From NCBI GenBank assembly GCA_965637545.1, contig OZ281497.1, forward strand, positions 19,530,001 through 19,594,000: a stretch of 64,000 nucleotides of DNA, in the 5' to 3' direction. This document shows positions 38,201 to 48,230 of the stretch, piece after piece (positions within the stretch are counted from its first letter, which is position 1; each line of letters begins with the position of its first letter). The notes under the pieces were generated by a model. It worked only from the letters and a program-made list of their open reading frames with translations. It had not been told where the DNA came from and did no database searches. The stretch is from Phallusia mammillata. Lineage: Eukaryota. The position numbers and the translations under genes were made by a program.

Positions 38201-39111
38201 AGCGCTGCCAAGAGGCGTGTTACGGGACACAAGAGGCTCATCCGGGACACTATCGACAATACAATGACGATGCGTATATCGCTAATAAACAAAGACCCAC
38301 ACTGGAGCCGCTCCATTCTTCCAGGATGTCGCACAGGCGGCGTCGATCCCTCAACAGTTCCGACTCTGACGAGGCGATTGTAAACGACTTTAGCGCGAGC
38401 AGCAGCGCCGGGTCCTCCTGCGGAAATCCCGCATCCCTGAATAGAGGAGGCGTCAGTCGCTCGGCTCTTGCTGACAACATCATCCTTGAACATCGCGATG
38501 TCGATGATGATCATCCGACGTCACAGGAGCGACATCGTGAACCATGGACTCCGCTCTACCGCGATGAAACAGACCTGGAAGTCCAGAGGCTCACTGACCC
38601 AAACGAGGCAAACAGTGCAGATGAGAGAACCCACGTCAAATTGGGGCTGGTCGACAATCAACGTGACTCTGCGTTTTACCAAAGCATGAACGATCTTCCG
38701 AATAGTACTGGAGCACAGTACAGTTCCCCGTCAAGCGGCTGCAGTACAGAAATGGCGAGCGGTGACGATGATGTGGCGTACCACGAGAGACAACACCGCA
38801 TGACTGAAGGCAGCAATCCCCGTTACGTGCTGTCGCCTCCTGTTGCCTTTAAGTCCTCAAGAACAAACGCTCCCGCATCTCGCAAGGAGCGCATGTATGA
38901 GGACATGATTATTAAGTCACACGATGACAATGAAGATGTCGCCGTTTATTATAAGAAGGACGCGACGGAGAGATTGCAAGACCCACGTGATGAGCGTTAT
39001 ACGGAACATACACCAAACTCGCTGTCCGCGGCTCCGCGTCACCATGTCTCTGACGCCTCGGACGCCGGACGAAACTCGGCAGGTTCCACTCGGATGGCAA
39101 CTTGCTTGTAG
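17160..39111 (+). CDS. ADGRL: Latrophilin / adhesion GPCR L family, whole gene (23 coding exons, 5277 nt spliced CDS, ~1758 aa; ~1705 aa without the cassette exon)
   Basis: All exons join through GT-AG introns with consistent phases and no internal stop. Domain order is signal peptide-RBL-OLF-STP linker-HormR-GAIN/GPS (CACDHL|TNFAVL)-7TM-tail, with IRRMWN-like motif LRRMWNETV and C-terminal T-x-L. Confidence 0.97.
18809..18824 (+). other. Exact genomic copy of the Ciona-type 16-nt spliced leader exon, lacking the SL donor
   Basis: ATTCTATTTGAATAAG followed by ATACTC rather than GT. Confidence 0.6.
18931..19040 (+). CDS. ADGRL: Latrophilin exon 2, RBL/SUEL lectin start
   Basis: [20 protein letters not shown]; acceptor ttggcag|, donor CAG|gtat. 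Confidence 0.95.
19300..19412 (+). CDS. ADGRL: Latrophilin exon 3, RBL lectin
   Basis: [37 protein letters not shown]; tttcag| ... |gtgagt. Confidence 0.95.
22460..22572 (+). CDS. ADGRL: Latrophilin exon 4, RBL lectin end
   Basis: [37 protein letters not shown] contains the DPCPGTxKYL signature. Confidence 0.96.
22863..23213. promoter_or_regulatory. Candidate homeodomain-site enhancer in latrophilin intron 4
   Basis: Six TAATTA palindromes at 22863, 22974, 23089, 23165, 23182 and 23208. Confidence 0.4.
23309..23457 (+). CDS. ADGRL: Latrophilin exon 5, olfactomedin start
   Basis: [11 protein letters not shown]...[20 protein letters not shown]; GxWxKDP motif. Confidence 0.92.
23529..23645 (+). 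CDS. ADGRL: Latrophilin exon 6, olfactomedin
   Basis: [11 protein letters not shown]...[21 protein letters not shown]; follows a 71-nt intron. Confidence 0.93.
23887..24108 (+). CDS. ADGRL: Latrophilin exon 7, olfactomedin
   Basis: [16 protein letters not shown]...[15 protein letters not shown]. Confidence 0.95.
24445..24841 (+). CDS. ADGRL: Latrophilin exon 8, olfactomedin end
   Basis: [23 protein letters not shown]...[14 protein letters not shown]...LHFGLPQP. Confidence 0.95.
25133..25381 (+). CDS. ADGRL: Latrophilin exon 9, Thr/Pro-rich linker and HormR start
   Basis: [15 protein letters not shown]...[14 protein letters not shown]...IPCP; phase 1-1. Confidence 0.92.
26016..26138 (+). 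CDS. ADGRL: Latrophilin exon 10, HormR
   Basis: VASWRCEFD...[16 protein letters not shown]. Confidence 0.93.
26315..26499 (+). CDS. ADGRL: Latrophilin exon 11, GAIN subdomain A
   Basis: [21 protein letters not shown]...QVQQLTE; phase 1 to 0, donor |gtgagt. Confidence 0.85.
28585..28750 (+). CDS. ADGRL: Latrophilin exon 12, GAIN
   Basis: [39 protein letters not shown]. Confidence 0.9.
29065..29241 (+). CDS. ADGRL: Latrophilin exon 13, GAIN
   Basis: [16 protein letters not shown]...VTFPD...[10 protein letters not shown]; phase 1-1. Confidence 0.87.
29597..29781 (+). CDS. ADGRL: Latrophilin exon 14, GAIN
   Basis: [16 protein letters not shown]...[10 protein letters not shown]...VRVVFEN. Confidence 0.93.
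31261..31307 (+). CDS. ADGRL: Latrophilin exon 15, GPS start
   Basis: [15 protein letters not shown], CxYW motif; 47-nt exon, phase 0 to 2. Confidence 0.92.
31470..31697 (+). CDS. ADGRL: Latrophilin exon 16, GPS cleavage site, Stachel and TM1
   Basis: GMWKSDGC...SECACDHL|TNFAVLV...[29 protein letters not shown]. Confidence 0.97.
33025..33278 (+). CDS. ADGRL: Latrophilin exon 17, TM2-TM4
   Basis: [21 protein letters not shown]...[28 protein letters not shown]. Confidence 0.97.
34151..34373 (+). CDS. ADGRL: Latrophilin exon 18, TM4-TM5
   Basis: [10 protein letters not shown]...FIWSFVGPV...[12 protein letters not shown]. Confidence 0.97.
34749..34917 (+). CDS. ADGRL: Latrophilin exon 19, TM6-TM7
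   Basis: [12 protein letters not shown]...[26 protein letters not shown]. Confidence 0.97.
36094..36264 (+). CDS. ADGRL: Latrophilin exon 20, helix 8 and proximal tail
   Basis: [15 protein letters not shown]...; tttcag| ... |gtaagt. Confidence 0.93.
36499..36604 (+). CDS. ADGRL: Latrophilin exon 21
   Basis: [12 protein letters not shown] matches vertebrate QSRIRRMWNDTV; NAGNAG acceptor allows a start at 36499 or 36502. Confidence 0.93.
37123..37281 (+). CDS. ADGRL: Latrophilin exon 22, putative symmetric cassette exon
   Basis: [16 protein letters not shown]...DTLMA; LLTNPxxR resembles vertebrate LLTNPLLR; phase 1-1, 159 nt. Confidence 0.7.
37583..39111 (+). CDS. ADGRL: Latrophilin terminal exon, long cytoplasmic tail ending in PDZ ligand
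   Basis: ttttttag| with phase 1 entry is in frame with the 484-aa ORF; ends ...STRMATCL*. Confidence 0.92.
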
Positions 39112-39625
39112 ACAACACTTTTTGCGCCAGCTTGTAGACTCTGTCAGACAGACCCTTGCAGGTTGTAGGTTTTTTGCTTTATTTATGATCGCCCATGCTT
39201 ATCCAGCTTCTTCTCGCATTTGTCGTCGTTGCGTCTGTTGACTATAGATACTTTGAACGCGACCAAGACGGCTTCTGTTTGTTTTGCTCTTTGTTATTTG
39301 GCCAACGCTATTTAGTTTATTATGTTCCAGTCGTATAGTGACGCTGTCTGCACCTGATCCGTTTGCGGCGTTTATTCTTTGTGTTTTGTTTTTGCATGGC
39401 GCCCATGGCGTTTCACAACGTTTCTGTATCCAACACTCACAAGTTTACCTATTGCAAGAGTCCCAACTTTTTGGTGAATATACATCTCTAAACAGTATCA
39501 ACATTTGCTATTTAGTCGATCTCGGTGGGACATTTCCTATTGCGTGTGTGTGTTTGTGTGACAGCACTGTATTATTGCACTTTCACTCGAGCCTGGCGAC
39601 AGAAAACAATCGTACCAGCATTATT

Positions 39626-39631
39626 AATAAA
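39626..39631 (+). terminator. Candidate polyadenylation signal of latrophilin
   Basis: AATAAA about 515 nt after the stop codon. Confidence 0.4.
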
Positions 39632-40201
39632 TCTTCTATTGAAACTACAAAGCGTCCTGTATTCTGTCGAGCGTGCTTGATCTCAATAATCACCGCGAGG
39701 CATTTATTTCGCACCCAAGCGTTGACATAAGCCCACGTTAAGGCTTTGGTGGAGAAAGCGTTATTCGGCCCAATCTATTGTTATCGTTGGACGACGCAAT
39801 AGAATGGGTCGATGCCTGCTATAACAACAGGGCCCATGAAGGTCGCCGGGCAGGTGCGAGCCAACGAAAACATGACTGAGGTTTCGCAATTTTTCCCACT
39901 TATATGCCAATGTTGACAAATGTCCTGGTCTGTCAGCACTGCAGTGCATATTTGCCAGCTGCTTATGTACGACTGGGTGCATTGAAAAAAAAACATAGCT
40001 CCAACCTTTGCGAAACATTACGAAACACTGTCATTACGAAACACTGTACACTAGGTTTGCACCACTTTCCATGTATTTTTCATTAATTTTTGAGAGTTTG
40101 AATCTTTCACTGGGCAAGGTGATGTTACTTTGAATATCTTTCACAAAATGTGAAAAAGTATAGTGGCCTCAACACTGTGTAAAATGAAATACGCCTTGTA
40201 T

Positions 40202-40207
40202 TTTATT
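40202..40207 (-). terminator. Candidate polyadenylation signal of the Tctex1-domain gene
   Basis: TTTATT on + (AATAAA on -) about 95 nt past the TGA. Confidence 0.55.
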
Positions 40208-40302
40208 TGGTGTATAGCAAAAAAAATCAACGAAAAGAATACGTTACAGTATCATCCATAAACACAGTGGTTGCGTGAAGTCACGCTGAGCAAAGTCCCG
40301 TG

Positions 40303-40522
40303 TCACTCATAATAAACGGCGTACACAGTGACTATGCAGAATAGCGACTCGTTTTGATAGGAGCACGTAACGTAGCTGTCACTTTTCGGGTCCCAGGCGC
40401 AAAGGCTCCCCACTTGTACTCCTTGGTCCATCTTCTGTCCTAGAGAGACATACACGACGCATTTGTATCGTCGAGCCCAAACCGACGACTTTACCTTCTC
40501 TTTTGTTTCATCCGCAATCGTT
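40303..40522 (-). CDS. Tctex1-domain gene, last exon
   Basis: RYK...GQ...QG...S.C.WD...D...Y.N.SLF...VYAVYYE* Tctex-1 signature. Confidence 0.95.
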
Positions 40523-42844
40523 CTATAAATAGCAAAGCTAAACGTGATGAATCTAGTTTAGGCTTGTAAGGATTAGGGCTGTGGTTGCCTTAAGTTTGTT
40601 CTGGTGTCTGTGGAGCTACACAGGATCCTGAATTGGTATCAATTTTTGTATTGGGCAAGCCCAACCAAGATTAAGTGTGTACGCAACTGGGCCACAAGCA
40701 CAGTTCGAGGTTGGATTTAACTTAAAAATCTTTGCCAACCCGAGAGGGAGATCAAATGCAAACAACAAGTGAAACCACAGAAAGTCAAATATTCGATTTG
40801 TTTAGCTTTCAGTAGATTTAGGCCCAACCCTTATTCAAAATGTTATCTATTCCATTCTAGCAGAACTGTTTTATATTTAGCAAAAACTTCACAGTACAAA
40901 CACAGATTACTGGCGATGATACGATAAACTAACACTTTAACAGACCTTGAAAGAGCTGCTGCCGAATCAGCTATTTGCTCGTAGTCAACTCCCTTCAGTT
41001 TTTCTTCCAAGTATTCATCAACAACTTCTTTACATTTGGATTGCGACGGTTTTTCGTCAGGTTCCATCCTGTATGTGGGCTCGGCTTCAATCATCGGCAT
41101 GAACTGCTTTCGCACTCCCCTGCTTGTGCGATCGAGCTAAAGCATCAAAGATTAACGGCATAAAACCACGAAAACAATATACATGCATCTCCATTATGTC
41201 ATATCTTCAATAAGATTTTGAAACAATACATGTGCACATATTGGTGTGAAAACTACAACATATGTGTCGGGTTTGTAGTTTTTGTGGGTAAATTCTAAAG
41301 GATGGATGACTTAATGTTTTTCATGAACTTTTGATTCAAGAAGCATAAGGCTCACTATAGTCTTCATCCATATTAGTTTAGATTTTAAAGTATGCAGGAT
41401 AGGGTTTTTCGAAACCAAATGATAATAATATTTTGTTATAGATGGGCTAAAGAGCTAAAATATGTAATCTTGCATGTTATGTGGTTTTAAAACTATGTGA
41501 GACTTTTGTGGTTACCCAGCAAAACGTTCGTTGTTCGCTCTGCTTTTCCACGACTCGTTGCTTGAGATTCCTCGTAAATCTTCTCCAAATCATGATGTCT
41601 TTCAGATTCATGCGACGAGCTTCGTTGAGAACCGGCAAATGGCGACTGTCACTGGTCGAGCTCATACCGCCTGCAGAAAATGCACTTACTGATCCTATTC
41701 TACGTTTCGACATGTTATTAACTGGCCACTGTAAGCAATCTGCAGATATAAGAAAATGCTTGGCAAAGGTTCTGGCATTCACTCAGTGCATTTTAGACTT
41801 TTTCAGCTACTGTACTTTTTCACATTGCACCAAATATGCGATATACAAAGGCGTTTGAGACGTACGTGACAAGTCGAACTTAATATCTGAATTTTATCAT
41901 CGAAAAACGAACACAACCTGCAAATGAATAGCTGGACAGTACATTAAGCGTCCTGCCTGTCAAACACCAATGATTTAATAGCGTAAAGAGTGCCGGTTTC
42001 CACGGTCCCTTGACCTACTGAAGACTTTCAATGGCCACAAAACGCCGTCTTTCACAAGCGTAGCGTCATCATAGACCAATGCAACAATGGATTGACGCTT
42101 ATCTAAACACTATTGACGCAAAACGTACACCGGTGTTGTGTGTTCATAGCGCTCATGTCACATCAATTAGTTTCAACACATCTTGCTAACTGTGCAGAAG
42201 CAACCAACTTCGATACGCTGCTGGGCGCTGCGAGAAGTTGCCGCAGATCGTATGTTTGTTCACAACGTGTAAGCAAGTAACCCAACACATGTTGCCACAA
42301 GGCAAACGATCTGGAATACGCGAGGCAGGCCACACTGAAAAGGCTCTTGTAGACAGCGTATTACAGAACTCTCCCATCCATTGGTACAAAAATGTGTGTC
42401 TATTTTCTCACTGCTTTCCACCTTAAATGTGCTTCTTATGTAAGAGATTCTAAGAATGCACTGCTCGTTCTACTCCCAGCTTTTTGCGGTCCAATTGCCG
42501 CCTGCCCAGGAGGTCCACATTGCCCGAATCGTAGCGCAAAACCATATTTTCGTGGAATCAATTACCGTGCTGAAAGTAACATAAACAAATCCGCTTCCGA
42601 ATTTGTATTCAAACTTTACTGATGGAGCAACAACAAATCTCAGATTCAGGGCAACAGCGGTACGTTATGCAACAATTTCAGTGCGACAGAGCCACTTACT
42701 TTCAGGCATTTGCGAGTGTCGTCGAGATCCGGTTCGGAAAGACGGAAAGGCGCTAGAACGGCGTCTGTTCTCGCTGGAAACAGTGTCATTCGAAGATTCC
42801 AAACTGGAAGACGGCGCCGATAACGATCCAATTCTCCCCGACAT
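40303..42844 (-). CDS. Tctex1-domain dynein light chain (DYNLT4/DYNLT5, TCTEX1D-like) with long N-terminal extension; at least 4 coding exons, start uncertain
   Basis: Exons 42700-42844, 41516-41739, 40946-41136 and 40303-40522 join in phase. The product has EPTYRMEP...RRYKCVVYVSLGQKMDQGVQVGSLCAWDPKSDSYVTCSYQNESLFCIVTVYAVYYE*. Confidence 0.9.
40946..41136 (-). CDS. Tctex1-domain gene exon
   Basis: LDRTSRGVRKQF...EPTYRMEPDEKP...LEEKLKGVDYE...ALSR; phase 0 to 2. Confidence 0.9.
41516..41739 (-). CDS. Tctex1-domain gene, N-terminal extension exon
   Basis: CLQWPVNNMSKRRIGSVSAF...RTFCW|gtaac; phases match both neighbours. Confidence 0.75.
42700..42844 (-). CDS. Tctex1-domain gene, probable first coding exon
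   Basis: MSGRIGSLSAPSSS...RRRSSAFPSF...MPE A|gtaagt, phase 1; acceptors upstream at 42871-42872 and 42881-42882. Confidence 0.6.
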
Positions 42845-43829
42845 TGTCAACCTGCAATGGGTTCGACAATCTGATACAATCTGAAAACGCGTACGCTTGT
42901 AAGAGGCAAGCAACAATAGCATTAGTCGCCATCGCTCAAAATCTATAATTTCGCTTATTTATTTGCTCAAGTATCGCCTTACGGTTTTATTCAACTCCCG
43001 ACAGCCTGTAGTTCAAAGACAACAAACTTGAAGCTGTATATTTTGGTACAAACCCGCTCTGCTTTCTCGGCCTGGCGAATGGCATTGAATCCCTCTCCAG
43101 CTGGTCAGCGAATCTTTGCACTTGCTGAGTGGTGGAAGAAGCCGGGCTGCTGTGGACTGTACTCACACTCATGTCTTAGTTTTAAATTTTCTCTAAAAAC
43201 CAAAAAAATGCTGGGGTATGTGACTGTACATACAAACTAAAGTTTGAACCTAATGCAGTTCGCAATTTGAGAGGCGCATTTCTAAGTAAAGATCTGCAAA
43301 AAATGCCCCCTTCGGTCGCTCTTATTACTAGGCCAAGCGGTGACAAATTGACTCGACCGCTTCATCTTGGACCACTGCTGCGATACACGGTACAAACTGC
43401 GACAAAGGCTAAAAACAACATCAGTTCTCGCAAAATGCTCCAAGCGTGGCGCCGAGAGTTGGAACCAGGAGGCGTGCACTCTCATTCTGACAGAGAATTT
43501 ATGAAGAAAACCGCCTGCGTTCGTGGTATTAATCTTTCCTGTTTCTTTTCTACCTCAGATATGTAAATACGCCGAGAAAACTTGAACGCAGGCACAGTCA
43601 ATATTTGAGCACTCTAGAAATATAACGCTGGCTTTTCTTCCATTCCAATCTGTCAAATAAATCACCGCCCTTCGGAAAAAATACAAGAGCAACGATTGTT
43701 TTTCACCAAGGAAACCTTGACAAAGTCCTAAGCAATAATGGCAAATATATTTTCGATTTAGACGCTGACTGGAAAACAACCTAAAAAAGAGTTCGGTAGG
43801 AGCCACAAACAGGAAAAAGATACGGTTTT

Positions 43830-44940
43830 GAAAAGGTTAGGGATTATTCCAGTTTCAAAATTGTTTAGACCGGCTTCTGCTCTCCTATAGGCGCTACACC
43901 GAACTTCCAAACCGGTTTAAATCTGCTAAAGACTTAATCGAAATTTTGACCCGATTTAAAAAAAAAATATGACTATAGCCTTTCCGTTTTTTTTTTTAAT
44001 TTTGGGGGTTACGAAATCGAAAAACAAATGCGGTTTACGGTGGGTTTTCGGGGGAATATTCCAGTTTCAGACCGGTTATGACCGGTTTCTGCATCCTATC
44101 GATCCTCCAAACCGGTGTGAACCGGTTTTCAAAATCGAAAATTTTGACCCGATTTTTGAAAAAAACCTAAGGCTATAGCCTTTCCGCTTTTTCGATTTTG
44201 GAGGGTCAAAAAATCGAAGAGAAATCCGTTTTTCGGTGGGTTTTCGTGGGAATATTCCAGTTTCAAACCAGTTATGTCCGGTTTCTGCCTCCTACCGATC
44301 CTCCAAATCGCTCCAAATCGGTTCAAACCGGATTTCAAAATCGAAAATTTTGACCCGATTTTTGAAAAAACCCTAAGGCTTTCCGTTTTTTCGATTTTTG
44401 GGGGTCAAAAAATTAAAGAAACGTCCGGTTTACGGTGGGTTTTTGTGGGAATATTCCAGTTTCAAACCGGTTATGACCGGTTTCTGCCTCCTATCGAACC
44501 TCCGACCCGGTTTGAACCGGTTTCAAATATCGAAAATTTAACCAGATTTTTGAAAAAAATTCGGTGGGTTTTTGTGGGAATATTCCAGTTCAAACCGGTT
44601 ATGACCGGTTTCTGCCTCCTACCGAACCTCCGACCCGGTTTGAACCGGTTTTCAATATCGAAAATTTGACCCGATTTTTGAAAAAATTTCGGTGGGTTTT
44701 CGTGGCAATATTCCAGTTTCAAACCGGTTATGACCGGTTTCTGGCTCCTACAGAACCTCCAAACCGGTTTGAACCGGTTTTCAAAATCGAAAATTTTGAC
44801 CCGATTTTTGAAAAAACCCTTTCCGTTTTTTCGATTTTTGGGGGTAAAAAAATCGAAGAAAAATCCGGTTATCCGTGGATTTTGTGGTAATATTCCAGTT
44901 TCAAACCGGTTATGACCGGTTTCTGCCTCCTACCGATACC
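43830..44940. repeat. Satellite of about 7 units, with long (~182-212 bp) and short (~128 bp) forms, rich in ACCGGT
   Basis: Anchor TTCCAGTT at about 43847, 44059, 44255, 44454, 44583, 44711 and 44893. Confidence 0.95.
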
Positions 44941-45061
44941 TTTTTTTATCATCCTACTGTTGGTGCCCTGCAACATGAAGAACGAAAGCGTTTCCACCTC
45001 ACATACTAAGACGTCATAAGATGCGCTACCGTAACGAATTAAAGCAGAACATCGTATACCT

Positions 45062-45572
45062 CAGGGCTTCCCAAACTGGGGGTCGCGACTTGAGGGGTCG
45101 CAGAGAGCTGTACCAACTTTGCACAAAGTACTCCATACACTGGCGTGGAGTACGGGGGTGTGGGGGTTTTCCGCCCATTAAACTACTTAAAATTTTCCGT
45201 CCATTAAATTACTTAAAACCTAAATCGTTGTTAAAATTGCCGATTCGGCAAATCGTCTTTTACGTATGTGCGTATATTCTCGACGCACAGCAAACGTCCA
45301 AACCACACGAAGAAATTGTGACAAGTGCCCATTTGCAAAACAATGTGACAGAAACTAAAGGCTGAAGCACGTAAAAGGTATCGGTGTTTGGACGTGCAAG
45401 GTAGTAGACTCCCGAGTTCCCGTAGGTTGTTTTTAGTTTTCGCTCTAATTAGGCGTGTCAATATATACAACAAACGTATTTTTCGCACTGTTTATCATAT
45501 TATCTGTGAAGGGTCGTGAAAAATTTAAAGAGATTAAAAGGGGTCGCGATCAAAAAAGTTTGGGAAGCCCTG
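45062..45572. mobile_element. hAT-type MITE
   Basis: Perfect 16-bp TIR CAGGGCTTCCCAAACT / AGTTTGGGAAGCCCTG; subterminal GGGGTCGC repeats; TSD poorly matched. Confidence 0.88.
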
Positions 45573-47189
45573 ATATAGTAATGTTTTATGTTAAGTAGCG
45601 TTCATACCAGGTCAAGAAAAACCTGCTGTAGATTAATTAACTGTCTTTTTGGCTTTGTTACCATACAGAGAATTTATGTAATAAACTTATCTTGCAATTA
45701 TATTGTAAAAAACTTACAATCAATAGAAGCTCACACATCAACACTTATAAAACGTTGCGAACGACTAAAAGTCAACAACAACAACAACAACTGCTACACT
45801 ACACACAACATGATACGTCGCTTCCTTGCCTTGTTGGTTTACGACTGGTTCTAATTCGCTACAGCGATAAACACAGAAGGGTGTACATGACGTCATAAAA
45901 CGAAAAAAATGACGTAGCAATTTACACTATCACTAAAACATTAATAAACACGTCATAGGTGATACGAGTTTAACCATAGAGCAAACCAAAAGACGAGAAA
46001 TTCAAAGCAATAATAAATAATTTAATGTGTAGCGGGTTTTACGGTAAATATTACGTCCAAATAAAACGTTGTTTATCAGTACAATATTGTTTTGCTTTTT
46101 TAAACAATAGAATGATCAAAAAAGGTTTGAAAATTTTAAAAAACGTTATTTAAAACTTTAAAACAATGTATCTTCATTAAAAATTATTAAGGAGTTTTCG
46201 GGGCTTCAACAAACCGAAGTCAAATCTTACACAAGCTTGTAAAAAAGGCAACAACAACAAAGGAAAAAAGCCTATAGCACGCTTTGATGTACATGAATAA
46301 CTACGATATAGAGGTCAAGATGTAAAAAAAGCAAACCGACAAACAAGTAGGTAAAGTATTGGCTAAAGCCCGGCAAATTTGCGTGCAAAACTCATATAAA
46401 GAAAATACGTCCACAAAAACAGCATAAAATCGTAATTATTGAAGCACCAACGTGGTTTCGAAACCAACGTATGTTAAATGTTGTTAAGGTTTTGGCGTAA
46501 ATTGTAACGTAATAAACACTGCGTTTATGTATTTCAAGGCATTTGCCAAATTCTGACTCGAAGTAGACAATGAGTGTTCGAAAGGACGGGATAATTTGTT
46601 TATTTGTTCATTGTATTCAGCAAAATTACTGAAGTTGCGTCTGTCAGGGTTCACTTTTGGTATTTAACCCATTCGTAAAAGTTGATTTGTAATTGTGCTT
46701 TTATGAAAAATAAGCTTAATTTATCATCAAATACAGCTTGTTAGCTTAACGGGAATATTTAAGGTTTTCAAGGGTTCTCAGAAGTAAAGAAAAACAAATC
46801 TGGGACTTCAATAGTAAACCGGCTACTGCTGCAGACGATCGAAAGAACATTAGGTGCGTAAGCAAACAAATATAACAATTTTTTGCATTTTGTGAACCAA
46901 ATGTTTGATGTTTAAACTCGGTTTCTTACGTTTTTTTTTTACTTTAAGTTTAACTGATTAAAACGCCTGAAACAAAACCATGCTTCTAAATTGAGATTGG
47001 TGATATTTGACACACGTTTTAATGGGCAGTTTTTGAACACAGAAAACCTAAATAACCACTCCTGTTCTTTTGTATAGCACAAACGACACAGCTGGTTTGC
47101 AAGAGAATTTGGTCCTAATTTCTACATTTGTTTTTCTAACTTGAAATAAACATTATTTTTCTAATCATGAAACAAGTTTTGGGTTCTGC

Positions 47190-47251
47190 GAGTTGGTCTT
47201 AGTTCTAAATCAGGCCACTGCACCACGTCGAGGTGCCAACTCTCGCAGTGG
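47190..47251 (-). ncRNA. Candidate HDV-like self-cleaving ribozyme fold with non-canonical positions
   Basis: Minus strand: P1 CCACUGC, J GA, P2 GAGUUGG(C), P3 ACC, L3 UCGACGU, P3' GGU, P1' GCAGUGG, short P4 region, CUAAGA, P2' CCAACUC. Confidence 0.45.
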
Positions 47252-48094
47252 GTCTCTCGTTAGGTGACAGTGGAGAGACCCTCGTCTGGCGCAGAACCAG
47301 GCCGAGACGAGGAAGACAACACTGATCCATTTGCCAAAAAAATTCACTGCAAATGGACGCCTAGATCATACCTCTGCACTTACGTGTGAACGTAAATGTT
47401 GCCAATTATTCAAGTTTGTTTGCATTGATTGTTTGATTTTCCACAATACATGTAAGCTATAAATTCCATTACGATTTTCCTTTTTTTTGCAAGCTCTGCA
47501 CACAAAAGAAGGTCAATTTTAAGTATTTATTATTATACAGTCACCCTTCAATTTTCCAGAAATAAATCTCCACAAATTGTGCCACAACTAAAAAACAAAA
47601 ACATATGTTAGTTGTGAAATAAAAACAACCAATTCCGCTTTTTCAATCTTCTTCCAAAAATCTGCAAAACAAAAAACACAGTGTTAGTTTGTGACGTAAC
47701 AATATACAATGCTCAGCTCGCAAACTCGTTCCGAAATCAGCATTTCCGGTTCCTTGGTCTTATGCAGGCAGACTCTGTCGCTATGACCCTGTACTTGTGA
47801 ATGCTAGCTTCTGACGATGGCGGCCCGATTTGCCTGACTGACTTTACCACGAAGCAGCTCGCAGTATTCGGTAAAACTAAACTGGATCTGAGTTCGCAGC
47901 GCCGAGTTAAGAGAGAATATGAAAAGCAAACCCATCACATTCACATCAATATAGTTAAAGTTAAGTAACAAATTTAAAATTACTTTTACCATATAAGGAA
48001 GGAAGAGTTAACGCCTAAACCGCGACGTGTGTTTCAAAACAACCTAAACCTAGAAAGATTTTTACACAACAAATAAACATATTTAAAAAATTCA

Positions 48095-48230
48095 GGTTCT
48101 AATTTCCAGGTAGTGTATTAAACTACCTTTTTGTTTTGGTTCTAATTTCAAAGTAGTACATTAAACTACTTTTAGGTTCAAAATCCAAGTAGTATATTAA
48201 ACTACTTATTTCAAGCAGTATATTAAACTG
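48095..48230. repeat. Degenerate minisatellite, about 4 units of 25-45 bp
   Basis: Recurrent (ggttc...)agtagtayattaaactac. Confidence 0.75.

Noticed and set aside
37484-39118. Antisense ORFs over the terminal exon
   Set aside because: Shadow frames of the latrophilin coding sequence with no domain signal.
43969-44915. Overlapping ORFs with repeated FQFQTGYDRF peptides
   Set aside because: Translation artefacts of the satellite.
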